This document shows, piece by piece, positions 13,335 through 24,354 of a DNA stretch of 64,000 nt. The stretch comes from Ptychomitrium polyphyllum (lineage: Eukaryota), in NCBI GenBank assembly GCA_973851085.1, contig OZ316775.1, positions 7,626,001-7,690,000 on the forward strand, read 5' to 3'. Both the position numbers and the translations under genes were made by a program. The notes under the pieces are model-generated. The model was not told the DNA's origin. It ran no database searches and worked only from the letters and a program-made list of their open reading frames with translations. The first letter of the stretch is position 1, and each line of letters starts with the position of its first letter.

Positions 13335-15999
13335 TGCCTCCCTTAGTAAAAGATCCTAGCTTCTTTCTGAGCATGGCTAGTTTTGATTTTGATGTAGATC
13401 CTCTTCAGAGCTTCACTTTTGACACCATTTTTCCAGATGAAAATGTTTCCGATCCAAATCTAGAGACACGGTAATTATCTGTTCCAATTCAAAAATTATG
13501 ATAACCACTGTAGTTGTAGGCTTTACCGGCTCAAAGCTGCTGGTCGGTGGACTGAAAATTAGTAATGCTTTTATAAGTTTCACTGGCACTAGAGAAGTAG
13601 GTGCATTCAGAGATTTTTGTGTATCAGGTGTTGATGGAATTGCGGTTGTGTTTTTGAACAGGGTGCCCAACACATTCGAAATGGCCCTGACAAGCTACTT
13701 GGAGGTGGAGGTTAATGCAGAGAGAACGTTTGTGCTTCCGAAGGTGAGTACAGCAGTCCCCTGTTCAACTTGCGCTCTGATTTAGCGTTTTCGGTTCAGT
13801 GTTCACTTCGAAGAGCGCCGTTTTCGGCTTGCGAGCTTGTATACTGCTTGTTGATATATCGTCCACCTAACGACGTTGCTGAGAGCTGAGAGCTGAGAGC
13901 CAATTTAACTTTGTACGAAATTTACAGGAGTTTGAAGTTTTTTAGATTACTCACCCACATTACAGGAGTCGACGTTCTTATTTGGCCACATTTGCTTGCA
14001 GACACAGTTGATTGGGCACAGCGAGCTTCTTAGGCAGCTCGTAGAGGAGGCTCTTGAAGCTGTTCTGTATCCGTCATCTCCGAGACCCGCTCGGAAGCTT
14101 CTTTCAATTCAGATCGACGATTTGCCTGGAGGTTCCGAGGCATTTGAATTGGTTTCAAGGTTTTGTTTCAACGATGCGTGCTTCACTATCACTTCTGCCA
14201 ACGTCGCCAAGCTGCGCTGTGCTGCGGAGTTCTTGCGTATGACGGAAACCATGTCGATGGGAAATTTGATTCGAAAGACCGAAGACTACCTAAGGACGCT
14301 GGTGTTTTGGAGCTGGGAGGAGTCTCTCATCGTTCTTCGGTCGTGTGAGGAATTCAGCCAATTTGCAGAAAAGACGCATATTATTCAGCGATGCGCGAGT
14401 GCCCTTTCTGACAAGACTTTGCCAACAACTTCTTTTGCCGTGGAACTTTCGAATAGCCCTTTACACCCAGCCACTGATGCTTACTTGACTTCCTACCTCT
14501 TGTCGACTCCAAGCGGCAACAGCTCTCACAGATCTTCCAAGGCCGCAACCGAAACTTGGTGGTTTGACGATCTTGCCACGCTCTCCGTGCACCTGATGGA
14601 GCCCGTCATCAGATACATGATCATTCACAGGGCAGCAGATAGTCAAGTGATAGCTAAGTTTTTGCTGCATTACCTTCGCTCTGCATTACCTGTGCTCGGC
14701 TACAGCGCGGCATCTCTATCTCCCATGAAGCTTCACGGCGAGGTTGATGAAGAAAACTCCTTTAATCAAGGTGAAAGAATCCAAAGGGAAGTAGTCGAAG
14801 TTGTGGTGAATCTACTTTATAATCTCGAAAGAAAATCGGTTTCCTGCAGGTCCTTGCTTGGCCTTCGCAGAATAGCGGTTGCCCTTCGAGCAGGGAAACA
14901 TTGCAGAAGGGACCTTGAACGCATGATAGGCAGGCAGTTGGACAAGGCAACACTCGATAACATTTTGATTCCTGCACTTCCTCCGCGCAGCTCCTCGCTA
15001 TATGACGTCGATCTTGTCCTTCGCCTTGTTGAATTTTTCCTGAAGGAGAAGGCCGAAGCTTTGTTGCTTACCTCGAGGTTCAAGAGATCTGAGAGCAGCG
15101 AATCATTGTATTCGGCGAGATCAGACAGCAAGTTCTCTACGTTATCACGCACAGACAGCAGGACATCAGTACCAGGAGCTATGAGTCCTGAGATCAGTAA
15201 GCCGGTTCAAATGGCGTTGCTGAAAGTTGGTCAGCTGATGGACAAGTACTTGGCTGAGATTGCGGCAGATACCTATTTGAAGCCCTCAAAGTTTCTTACT
15301 CTTGCCGAGTCACTACCAGATTATGCGAGGCAGTCGGATGATGGACTCTACAGAGCAGTTGACATTTACCTTGAGGTATGTTTTTTATGTGTTCAAGCAG
15401 TTTCTTGCAATTGTTATGGCAAGATAGTTACTCTTTTTCAGAGTAATTATCGCGAAATTTTGTTCTATTGCAAGTTATCTCGTTATGAGATTAATGTTGA
15501 GCAGATAGTCTATCTATAGTGTTTAGTTGGACGTACCCTAATTGCTCCTGTGATGCTGATATCTGATTTATTACTGGTGTAGGCACATCCATTTGTGAGT
15601 GAGACTGATGCTGCAAGGCTGTTCAAGGTGTTGAACTATCACAAATTAGGTGCTGAGACTTGTAAGTCCGCATCCCAAAATCCAAGATTTCCTCCAAGCT
15701 TCGCTATTCAGGTTGCGCTTGTCCAGCAGAATCAGCTCAAGACAACGAGCGAAGGATCATTTCGCAGCGACAGATCCTGTTCCCCGCTCAAGAATGCGTC
15801 GTCTAGAGCCGGCCAACAAACTGTTGTATCTCTGCAGTGCTCTTCGTTTGAGTTCACACTTCGACAGGAGAAGAAGAAAAATGTGAAGAAGGCGCAAGCA
15901 AGGCCTGAGGTTCAGAAGCCATGCAAGCGTTCACGAGTGGATATGCCCGGCCTTTACAGACTGATGCAGCTGTTTCACTCCAGATCAAGACAACACTAG
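13331..15999 (+). CDS. BTB/POZ-NPH3 domain protein (NPH3/RPT2-like family), about 670 aa
   Basis: Exons 13331-13470, 13662-13743, 14002-15375 and 15583-15999 are GT-AG bounded and frame-consistent (2013 nt). Family motifs: LPGGSEAFELVSRFC, LRCAAEFLRMTE, WWFDDL, QLDKATLDNILIP, LYDVDLVLRLVEFF, MDKYLAEIAAD, DDGLYRAVDIYLEAHP, ASQNPRFP. The first exon is less certain (alternative start ATG 13681). A UTR donor is likely at 12341. Confidence 0.93.
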
Positions 16000-18399
16000 T
16001 CCAAAGAGATTGTTAACGTGTTGCGTACAAATTTTTCCTCTGAGTGACTCTGTACACATCCCGCATTTTGTACATACTTACAGAGCACATTCAGGCAATT
16101 TAGGTTTATGGCGGAAGGCTAGTTATAGTGATGTGGCCCATGAACAGATTCTGGTCGATACCCAGGAGACGGCTGCCTCTTGTGGAAGCTCATATTGTGA
16201 CCCTACTCTGGGATACCTGAGTTCCTATGTGTGTGTGAGGGGTCTCCTTTCACCTCACTGATCATTCAAGCGCTTTGACAACATTCGTCTCCAGAGACTG
16301 AGGTAGCAGATCGGAAGCTTTGGTGAGAGGTGACCTTTTGTAATTTAAATGTAGACCAGGATTAGTGGTGAGCAATTCTACTCCTTAGTCTCAAGATACA
16401 GTAGCGCAACACATTTATAGACAAAAGCAGAATACGATTTCCCATCAATGTACAATTACTTTTTTGAAATGAAAACACGTTTGTGTCATTTTTCTAGTAT
16501 TTTCATTTCCCAACAACACCCTGTTTTGTGGAGAACGTTTCATTTGGATCCTGTTCCTTGCTGTTGCAGTTTAGAAATGAATTCCATTGGATTGTCTTCA
16601 ATCTCAATGTCATGGGAGTTGCCAATGCCTGTTACGCACTTCAAGATACGATCACTCGTTAGATTTCAAATGCTTTTCAAATGCTTGTTCGATTGCCTCG
16701 GTTCTAAACAAGAATCTAGAAGGCAGTGACGCTAGTTGTGACAGAGGTTGTAAATGTCCAATTCAACCCCTTCTTCTCCTTTGATGAGGTTCTTCAGTGT
16801 GAGTTGCTCAACAAGTTGCGCTTCTCTCTTAGACTTTACCTGTGTGTTGGAATCATAAATCCAGAACATAAGTTTCCAATCAACCCTTCCGCTACATAAC
16901 CAGTACACACAATCAAAGACCTTCCCATATAACGCCTGGCATGCGCAACTAGTGGATCTCCTCGGTAGTCATTTGATTCATGTACACGAACTCAGGTTGA
17001 GCTTGAAACTTATATACAGAAAACAAAGCCATCCTAAACGAAGTTTCCCTTTGTCACGAAGGTTGTGTTATTTCCGCTTCTGTTAATCCAAGGCCCAAGA
17101 AAGTAGCTTACAGCCAAGTACGTCGTAACGGAACTTGGCTGTTTCTGCATATACCTTTGAGTGCCAAAAGCCAAGTACAGAATGCTCAAATCACTGGTCG
17201 CTTCAAGAACAACAATGCTTAGGACCCTGATTGCCCTTTTGATTCATTTTCCTCATTCTAAATGGACACTCGCATTCAATTAAAAGAAACAGAAAGCATC
17301 ACAAGCTTTTCATGCCTTACCAATCACTCTCGAGTGTGTTTTGCAAAGGGCGCGACGGGGCCGTTTCATTCAAACATATTTCTCGATCTTGGGAAAAGCC
17401 GAAAGAAAAGCCGTGGATATGCCATCGACATGATATAATCGAGACTCGGCCAGCTGGGCGATGCGCATCCCAAGATTCACGAACGACGCTGCGGAGGACA
17501 AGCTACGCTATGTTACCGTTGGGTCTGCTTGCTGCTGTACCCGCTCAAGTCCTACACTGGTAATGAATCAAACTTGGTTGAGGCACGTTGCCTCTGGGAA
17601 CAAGGATCAACCTCCCAGAATCCATGCCGAGGGTCGTGAAGAATCTTCGATTTTGCTGCAGCAGCTCGCCTGCTTGGAACTACTATCGTTTACCCTCATT
17701 ACACTGCACTTTAAACGGTATTTAGCGATGGTAGACAACAAGCTTTTGAGTGAAACAAGAAGATACTTGATAACCTGATCACATATGAAAATAATTTCCT
17801 ATAATAACAAATATAATATATGATACTAAATACATGATAGTATAATCTCTGGTTTAGTTATCTCTTAGCACTTAACTTAGCACTCCTGTTTTGCTTTATA
17901 ATAGCGCTCAACTCAATTTGCAGCCCAACTTCTTTGATAAGGGGTGCATATACAATTTGACATCCACTTTGAGCCCAGACTGGGCCTATGTTGGAAAATT
18001 CAATTGGAATGAACCTCAATTCAATTCCATTAAGTTGGGTTCAAAGTTTTAGCACCATTTTGATGTGGGCCGCTTATGGTTTAAATTGTAGGCAATTTTG
18101 TACTTATTTTGTGATTTTTAATGCACAATTAGATTGATGTTAGTATGGTGTTATTTTGGTTTTTTTTTAGTTGTTGTTGAAGAAGACTTTAGTTAATTGG
18201 TTAGGTAGAGGTAGGTGAGTAATTTGTGGACAATCATATGGTTTGTATGATGTTGACTTTCTAAGGAGCCAAATGATAGTAACTTCTTATTGGAAGTGGC
18301 TTTTAATTGGACCCCATTGTGGAAGCTTCTCATTTAACCTTATAGTGGGAACTTCTCATTGGTTGGGGGATTAAGTGGAATTAACATTTAAAAGAGAAG

Positions 18400-18750
18400 A
18401 AAGTGGAGTGTTGAGGTATTTGAGTTGGTATTGGAATGAGAAGTCATAGCATGGAATTTATATTAATGAAGCATTTAAAATGGATTTGAAAGTGTAAAGG
18501 TGTCTTTTAAAGATCTAATATATTGGAGTACACTTGAGAGGTATTAAAATGCACTATGCATATAACTTTATAACATCTACCTTGAATGCTAAGTTGGCTA
18601 AATTTGGATTATATAATTTAATTTATTTTGTATGCTTGAAAAATATTTTGGATATAGAATTCACAACTTATGTTTTTAATAAGGTTGAATTTCTAAATAG
18701 AAAGTTTGAAGTTTTAATGCTTATTAAGATTGAAATTGTAAAGTGTTTGA
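18400..18750. repeat. Decayed dispersed repeat, probably a TE fragment (partner about 40835-41180)
   Basis: Collinear shared blocks tttgagttggtattgga, atggaattt, atttgaaagtgtaa.ggtgtcttttaaa, taacatc, taagttgg, aatatttt. Boundaries are approximate. Confidence 0.75.
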
Positions 18751-18875
18751 AGTGTTTGAAGTTTAATAGGTCAAAATAGAAGTATTTGATTAAAAGAGAG
18801 ATTTAGATTAAAAGAAAGAAGATATTGATAAGACATTAGAATCTTAATCCACCATAAAAAAAGCCTTGTGCTTAC

Positions 18876-19260
18876 AATTAAGAACATAAGAAATAAAAAA
18901 CACATACAAAGTGCTCTACAAGAATTAGCTTCTGAAGAGCTAATTATTAATAAGAATTGATACAAAGATTAGAACAAAGGCACAATATAATATGATTCAC
19001 AACTTTTGTTAGCAAGACTATGGTATACCTTGTCGTGCCTCCTATTTATACTATGACGCTTGTATTTTCTATGATACTTCTAAAGATGTTTTCTATAAAG
19101 CTTTAGAATATTTTAGAAGTCTATAGAACCTTCCTAAGAAGTTTTCCAAGGAAGTGGAATGGCTGCATAAGCATTGAAAGTATTCTAAAAAACCACTACA
19201 ATGTACCAAAAGGTACTAAAAGATTCTAAAGCCTATGTTGCATGGTCTATATCTATAACA
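18876..19260 (-). mobile_element. Solo LTR, copy 1
   Basis: Reverse-complement match to 19719-20235, including the TATA region (cctcctatttatactat) and the terminus ...tctataaca. The TSD is poor (cttac/catat). Confidence 0.75.
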
Positions 19261-19718
19261 CATATCTTACATGTACACACATCTTAAAACATATATTATA
19301 TGCTTTTGGCATAGGGTGCTAAGTCATGTTGAATGGATACAATGTATTTTAATTTAAAATCATATTTATTCATTTAATATAAATTTTATATTAATTGTTC
19401 TTGTTAAAGTCAATTAAGATTTGGAAAGAAAATTAAGTGGAGAAGTTCCTTTTGCTTGGCATTTTTTATTAAGTTAAGTCTTGTCTTTCTAGTTTGAAAG
19501 ATAAAGATGGCATATAATATAAGTTGTCATGTATATAAAGTTTGGACAGTTTTTATAATATACTTAAAAGTTGTTATTTGCAAGAATGTGGATTCATTAA
19601 TATATGGCATGCCACATTTCAATCCACTACATAGAATTTTCAAATAAAAGAACATGAAAGCATATACAAAATGTTCTTAGCATATATAATTATGCCATCC
19701 AATTTTTTGAAAGGTAAG

Positions 19719-20235
19719 TATCACGGACATAGATCATGCAATGTCTATTATATTATAGTAGCTTCTTAGAATACTTTCAAATGTCTCTATAACCGTTTCT
19801 ACGTTTTTAGGAAATTTCCTAAGACAATTCCACTACCTCAAAAAACTTCCTAGGAATGTTCCATCATCTCAAGAAACTTTCTAGGAAAGTTTCACCACCT
19901 CAAGGAATTTCCTAGGAAGGTTTCACCACCTTAGAAAATTTCCAAGGAAGGCTCCAACATGTTAAAAAACTTCTTGAGAAGGTTCCATAGACTTCTAAAA
20001 TATTCTTAAGCCTTATAGGAAGCTTCTTTAGAAGTATCCTAGGAGATACAAGCATTATAGTATAAATAGGAGGCAAGACAAGGTATTCTTTAGTCTTATC
20101 AACACAAGTTGTGGATCATCTTGTATCATGCCTTGTTATAGACTTTGTATCAAGTTCTTGTTAATCATTAACTCTTTGGAAGCTAATTCTTGGGAAATAC
20201 TTTGTTTTTGCTTCTTGTTTCTTGTGTCCCTAACA
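19719..20235 (+). mobile_element. Solo LTR, copy 2, with a 31-bp tandem array
   Basis: Termini tatcacggac...gtccctaaca (decayed TG...CA inverted ends), flanks GTAAG/ATAAG as a 5-bp TSD, and internal TATAAATAGG at 20061. Confidence 0.85.
19809..19994 (+). repeat. Six 31-bp tandem units inside solo LTR copy 2
   Basis: Units start at 19809, 19840, 19871, 19902, 19933 and 19964. Approximate consensus aagaaacttcctaggaaggttccaccacctc. Confidence 0.9.
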
Positions 20236-23200
20236 ATAAGTATGATAATAGTGAACTAACTACATGGTTGCTAATATCCAAATTCACTTAAAATACTATT
20301 GAAGTTATTTGATGATAATAATATCAAAGTTATTAAAAATTCGACCTTACTTTTGAACTTCTTGATTAGGAATTTTATCTATTTTGATTTTTTTATGCTT
20401 GCAGATTATCTACATTCATATGTCTTTAAATATAAGCACCCTTGTCATTAGTGGAGGTTATTATAAATGCAATATTTAAAAAACCCTAGTTTATAGGTAA
20501 AACTCAATTATCTTAAAATAGACAAAAAAAAATCATTCATTTCTTCTTCATCTCTGGTAACTATTGTAGACCAATTTTTTTTTTAAAAACATAACTTTTA
20601 TTTGAATTACAAGATTAAACAATTCCATAAAGTTTCAACACCATTTTCAAATGATATAGCTTAAATCCTTCACATCCATTAATCCACCATTTTAAAGATA
20701 GTTTAAAATTTTGCAAATTCATCTTCAACTATGGAATAATTCATATTCACCTTTAGTAATTGTTAGACTTTGAAATAAGTTTGAAAGAGTAGAAAGTTAA
20801 CATTATAATATTTTGGTAGATAAATACAATTCATTTCCATGATGACTTACAATCTAAAAATCCAAATGAATGTAAACATCATTGCACCTTTTAGAAACCT
20901 TAATTTAAGAAGAGCTTAATAAATTATGTGTAATTAATAAAATGTAATAAAGCATCAAAATCCAATGAAAATATTTGACTAAAGCCTTTAATATCTATCA
21001 TTTTATTACCACCATTGGCTTAAAAGCAATCAATTTGTCTCAAAGAGTTTAAACAACATCACTAGTTTCCAATTCCAAAATGGCTATAGGTCTAGAATGA
21101 TTTTATTACTTCTAAGCTAATAATGACGTAAGCTAACAACAAAACATTCACAATTTTATAAGTTGTTAAAATGGAAAAATTTGAGCTTGATATGAATTGC
21201 AAGGATGTCATTTTATACAATCAAATAATATAAAAAATCACTAAGGTGGATGGTTGTCAAATATGCATCTTTTTTACATTGTATGGATATTTACACAATA
21301 AAGAAATTATATTTTATATCTAATTATAGTTTTAATCATATTCTCAATACAAAGAATTTTAGCAAAGCATCATAAGGATCTTAGACCTATGAAATTGTAC
21401 TTGTAAATATTATTTTTAATATTCAATTGTTCTATATTGCCATCTTTCATTGTATACAAAGCAAGTGGTATCAAAATATTTGTTCAAATATGTTCATGGC
21501 AAATTATATAAAGGTGGCTCTTGTACAAACCATTACTAATTTATTCCCTTTTTAAATAATCAACTCAATTTTTGATTAATATATATGTTCTTGCAATTGA
21601 GCCAAGAATTAATATCTCCTAGATATGAGCCAGGTACCTTTAGGCACCTTAGGCTGAACAACTCCATTGGATATCCATGGACAAAATGTCTACCAAAAAA
21701 TAGAACTCACCACACATGTTTCCATTAATCATTAAATACAAATTTTTCTCAATTCACCATGGATATAGGTTTAATGTATGGTAGTTATTGAATGAGATAT
21801 GAATGATTGTGTATTCATTAAATGTTGGTATTGTTTTAAAATGGTATTTAGTACCTATAATTTTAAATATAAATTGCTAAATCTATACCACCAATAATAA
21901 ATGTTGACCACCTTTTGAAAGGGACAAGAAAACATGTTGTAAAATATTTATGAAGAATATTGTCAATGAATCGATTTATCATGATAATAAATATTATACA
22001 ACAACAAATATAATTTTAATGTAAGTGTATATTGTTGGATAATGGATTGATCTATTGATGGCTTTTGGTCTTTTTGAAAAAAGAACTCTTTAAAATTTTC
22101 ATGATTATTACAAATTTAATAAGATGTTTATTTTTATTTACTTATTTATTTTTTAATTGCATTGAACTTCATACCTTGTTTCCTATCCACCAAAACCTGT
22201 TGAAAATTTATACAAGGTTTGAAAAGGGAGCATTCCTTACTGCCGTGGTAATGGGCTTTTGCACCGTAGTAGCTTCATAAATTTACTTCAACTCGCACAG
22301 TTGTCTCTCCCATCCCTAAAACACCAAATCCACACCAGATCCTTGCGCTGTCAGCAAGTGGGCTCTACACGAAGGATCGCACAAAGGATTCAATGCGTCT
22401 TGAAGACCGAATTTTGGAGACCCTGCTTAGTAATTGCTAGATTCAAAGGTGTGCTTACACGTTATGTCCTTCTTCATAACCGCGGTTTACTTCTTAAAGA
22501 ACTAGAAGTACACACATTTGAAACACTGGAATTTAGTAAATCATGTTACCCCGGGATGGTTAAGCTTCTACCGTATGTATGAAGTTGTGTCATAGAACAC
22601 GCTGTATCAGATATTGAGAGTACATCACAAATGAATCGTATTTAATACATATGACGAGCTCTTTCTTCACTGTTATCCGTTATAAACTGTCTGGCGTTCT
22701 TTGACATCATGAACCCTAAACCCTATTCAAGGTTAGCCAGTGTTCACTTGACCATCACAAATCATGCATCACAGTAAGAATCATACTAGAGCGAGCGCAA
22801 TGTGCTTGACAAAATCTGAATCACCAAGATTGACTTACTGCCTGCACGCAACAACGGTTGGAATAAAGAGGAAGCCTGAAGCATAAACAATGGTTCCTGT
22901 AAGTGAAAGTCGAAACTTTAAAAGAAAGTCTTCTCTTGTTGCACCATACTGAAATCACTTCCAAGCTTGGTCCATTCTGATCAATCAAACCTTTCTTTCT
23001 CAGAACCAATTCATTTATACTCACAAGATCAATTCAAATGTGATCAAGGCTAAATTAATCATCAAACAGGGGTAAATTAGGTTGCCCCACACTATATGTT
23101 GCCCCCCTGTGGAGTGTTGAACAGATCATCAGGCATTTTGAACCCTAGTAAAAACAGGCAGGCTGGTAACAAAACCTGTGTTAAACCTTTACAAAGAAGA

Positions 23201-23388
23201 TCGAAAGAGTGGCCAACGCTACACTAGAATAAAATAGACACGGATGGTCACGATGGTATTGTACACTTACTGGTTGGAGGCTAATCCTCTCACTTTGGCG
23301 CAGCTTTCCCCCCAAAGGCATTCAAGAACCAGATCTAATCATTAAATTCTCTGTTGATCAATATTTCTCTGCTCTCGTTGGATTTGCC

Positions 23389-24354
23389 TTAATGTCGAAT
23401 AGGCTCCCAGGTGTTGATAACTGAAGGGTAGTTCGTTCGGTCTTGGTATACGATCCCAATATGGTTCTTCTCTTCAGGGCTCACCAAATTGCTCCCGAGC
23501 ACCCAGATCTTGTGAACCTGCTCTCCGTACGCCTGCAATAACTGGTCAAAATACATGCTCGTCACATTCGCTTCCTCCGGCATCCTCAGCTTGTCCATGT
23601 ACGCCAGGAACCCGCCTGTCTTCCACTTGGTTAACCCAAACGCATGTGTGCATGCCCCGGAGCACCGCATGGCTTCCACTGGCGGCGATAACACCACCTT
23701 CTGCCGGCTCTTGTTTGGCCCACAAATCCCCAAATACAAAATCCCATCCGCTGCTGCGACCTCCATTCCTCGCGCTAAGAGCCTTCGAGCTAAGCTCTGT
23801 GTCAAAAAGGGATGCAGCGCGACGTCGTCCTCGAAAAAGAACCGCCACGACCCCACGTCGGGTGAACTATCATTCACAAATCTTTGGAACAAGTCTGTGA
23901 ATGCCAAGCGGTTCGAAAACACCTTCTTGTATTTGTCGGTAAGGTATTTCTGGTTGCCTCCGTGATACTCCTCCATTGCCTTTTGGATGACCCGGGATTG
24001 GTAATGTTCAGGGATGTACTGGTTTGGGAGGATTCCGAGTGTCTCAAGCACGGTCTTGGAGTGGTTGTAGCGGTGTGCTTTGTTGCTGACAACCCAGCCT
24101 TGGAACTTCGTGCCGTTGAAGAGCTGCGAGTCGCTGTCGTTGGCATCCATATCTGACGCCCACTCCCAGTCGAATACTTCCAGTGGTCTCTGTAGGTACT
24201 CCAAGTGGTCTTTGATATTGGCTAGATTCGTTTGAACGACCGATCGAGTGACGGAGACGGTGAAAGCAATTATGCCAAAACACACGAGAACCCGGAATAT
24301 CATGGTAACTTTCAATGATATAAAGGTCATGGCTGCGAGAGCCACAAGCCACAT
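23389..24354 (-). CDS. GT25-like (GT-A fold) glycosyltransferase with N-terminal signal anchor, about 321 aa, intronless CDS
   Basis: Uninterrupted ORF with a hydrophobic N-terminus (IFRVLVCFGIIAFTVSV). Motifs appear in GT25 order: WVVSN..R...SKTVLETLGI, FFFEDDV, ILYLG, CTHAFGLTK, YFDQLL. An acceptor ...catcag ends at 24361, 6 nt before ATG 24354. A non-coding exon at 25137-24989 has a GTACGT donor. ATG 24330 and 24303 are alternative starts. Confidence 0.8.
   Translation of the reverse strand: MWLVALAAMTFISLKVTMIFRVLVCFGIIAFTVSVTRSVVQTNLANIKDHLEYLQRPLEVFDWEWASDMDANDSDSQLFNGTKFQGWVVSNKAHRYNHSKTVLETLGILPNQYIPEHYQSRVIQKAMEEYHGGNQKYLTDKYKKVFSNRLAFTDLFQRFVNDSSPDVGSWRFFFEDDVALHPFLTQSLARRLLARGMEVAAADGILYLGICGPNKSRQKVVLSPPVEAMRCSGACTHAFGLTKWKTGGFLAYMDKLRMPEEANVTSMYFDQLLQAYGEQVHKIWVLGSNLVSPEEKNHIGIVYQDRTNYPSVINTWEPIRH

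Noticed and set aside
13878..13900. (GCTGAGA)3 in an NPH3 intron, echoed at about 12624
   Set aside because: A simple short tandem repeat with no evidence of function.
15376..15519. C-terminal tail of the 507-aa ORF (VCFLCVQ...)
   Set aside because: Read-through into the intron after the donor at 15376. The NPH3 motif resumes at 15583 (AHP).
19809..19994. 31-bp periodic array as a CRISPR-like locus
   Set aside because: The units are contiguous with no unique spacers, lie inside an LTR, and there are no cas genes in this eukaryotic DNA.
22712..22725. aaccctaaacccta telomere-like or telo-box motif
   Set aside because: Only two units, downstream of a gene, with no supporting promoter context.
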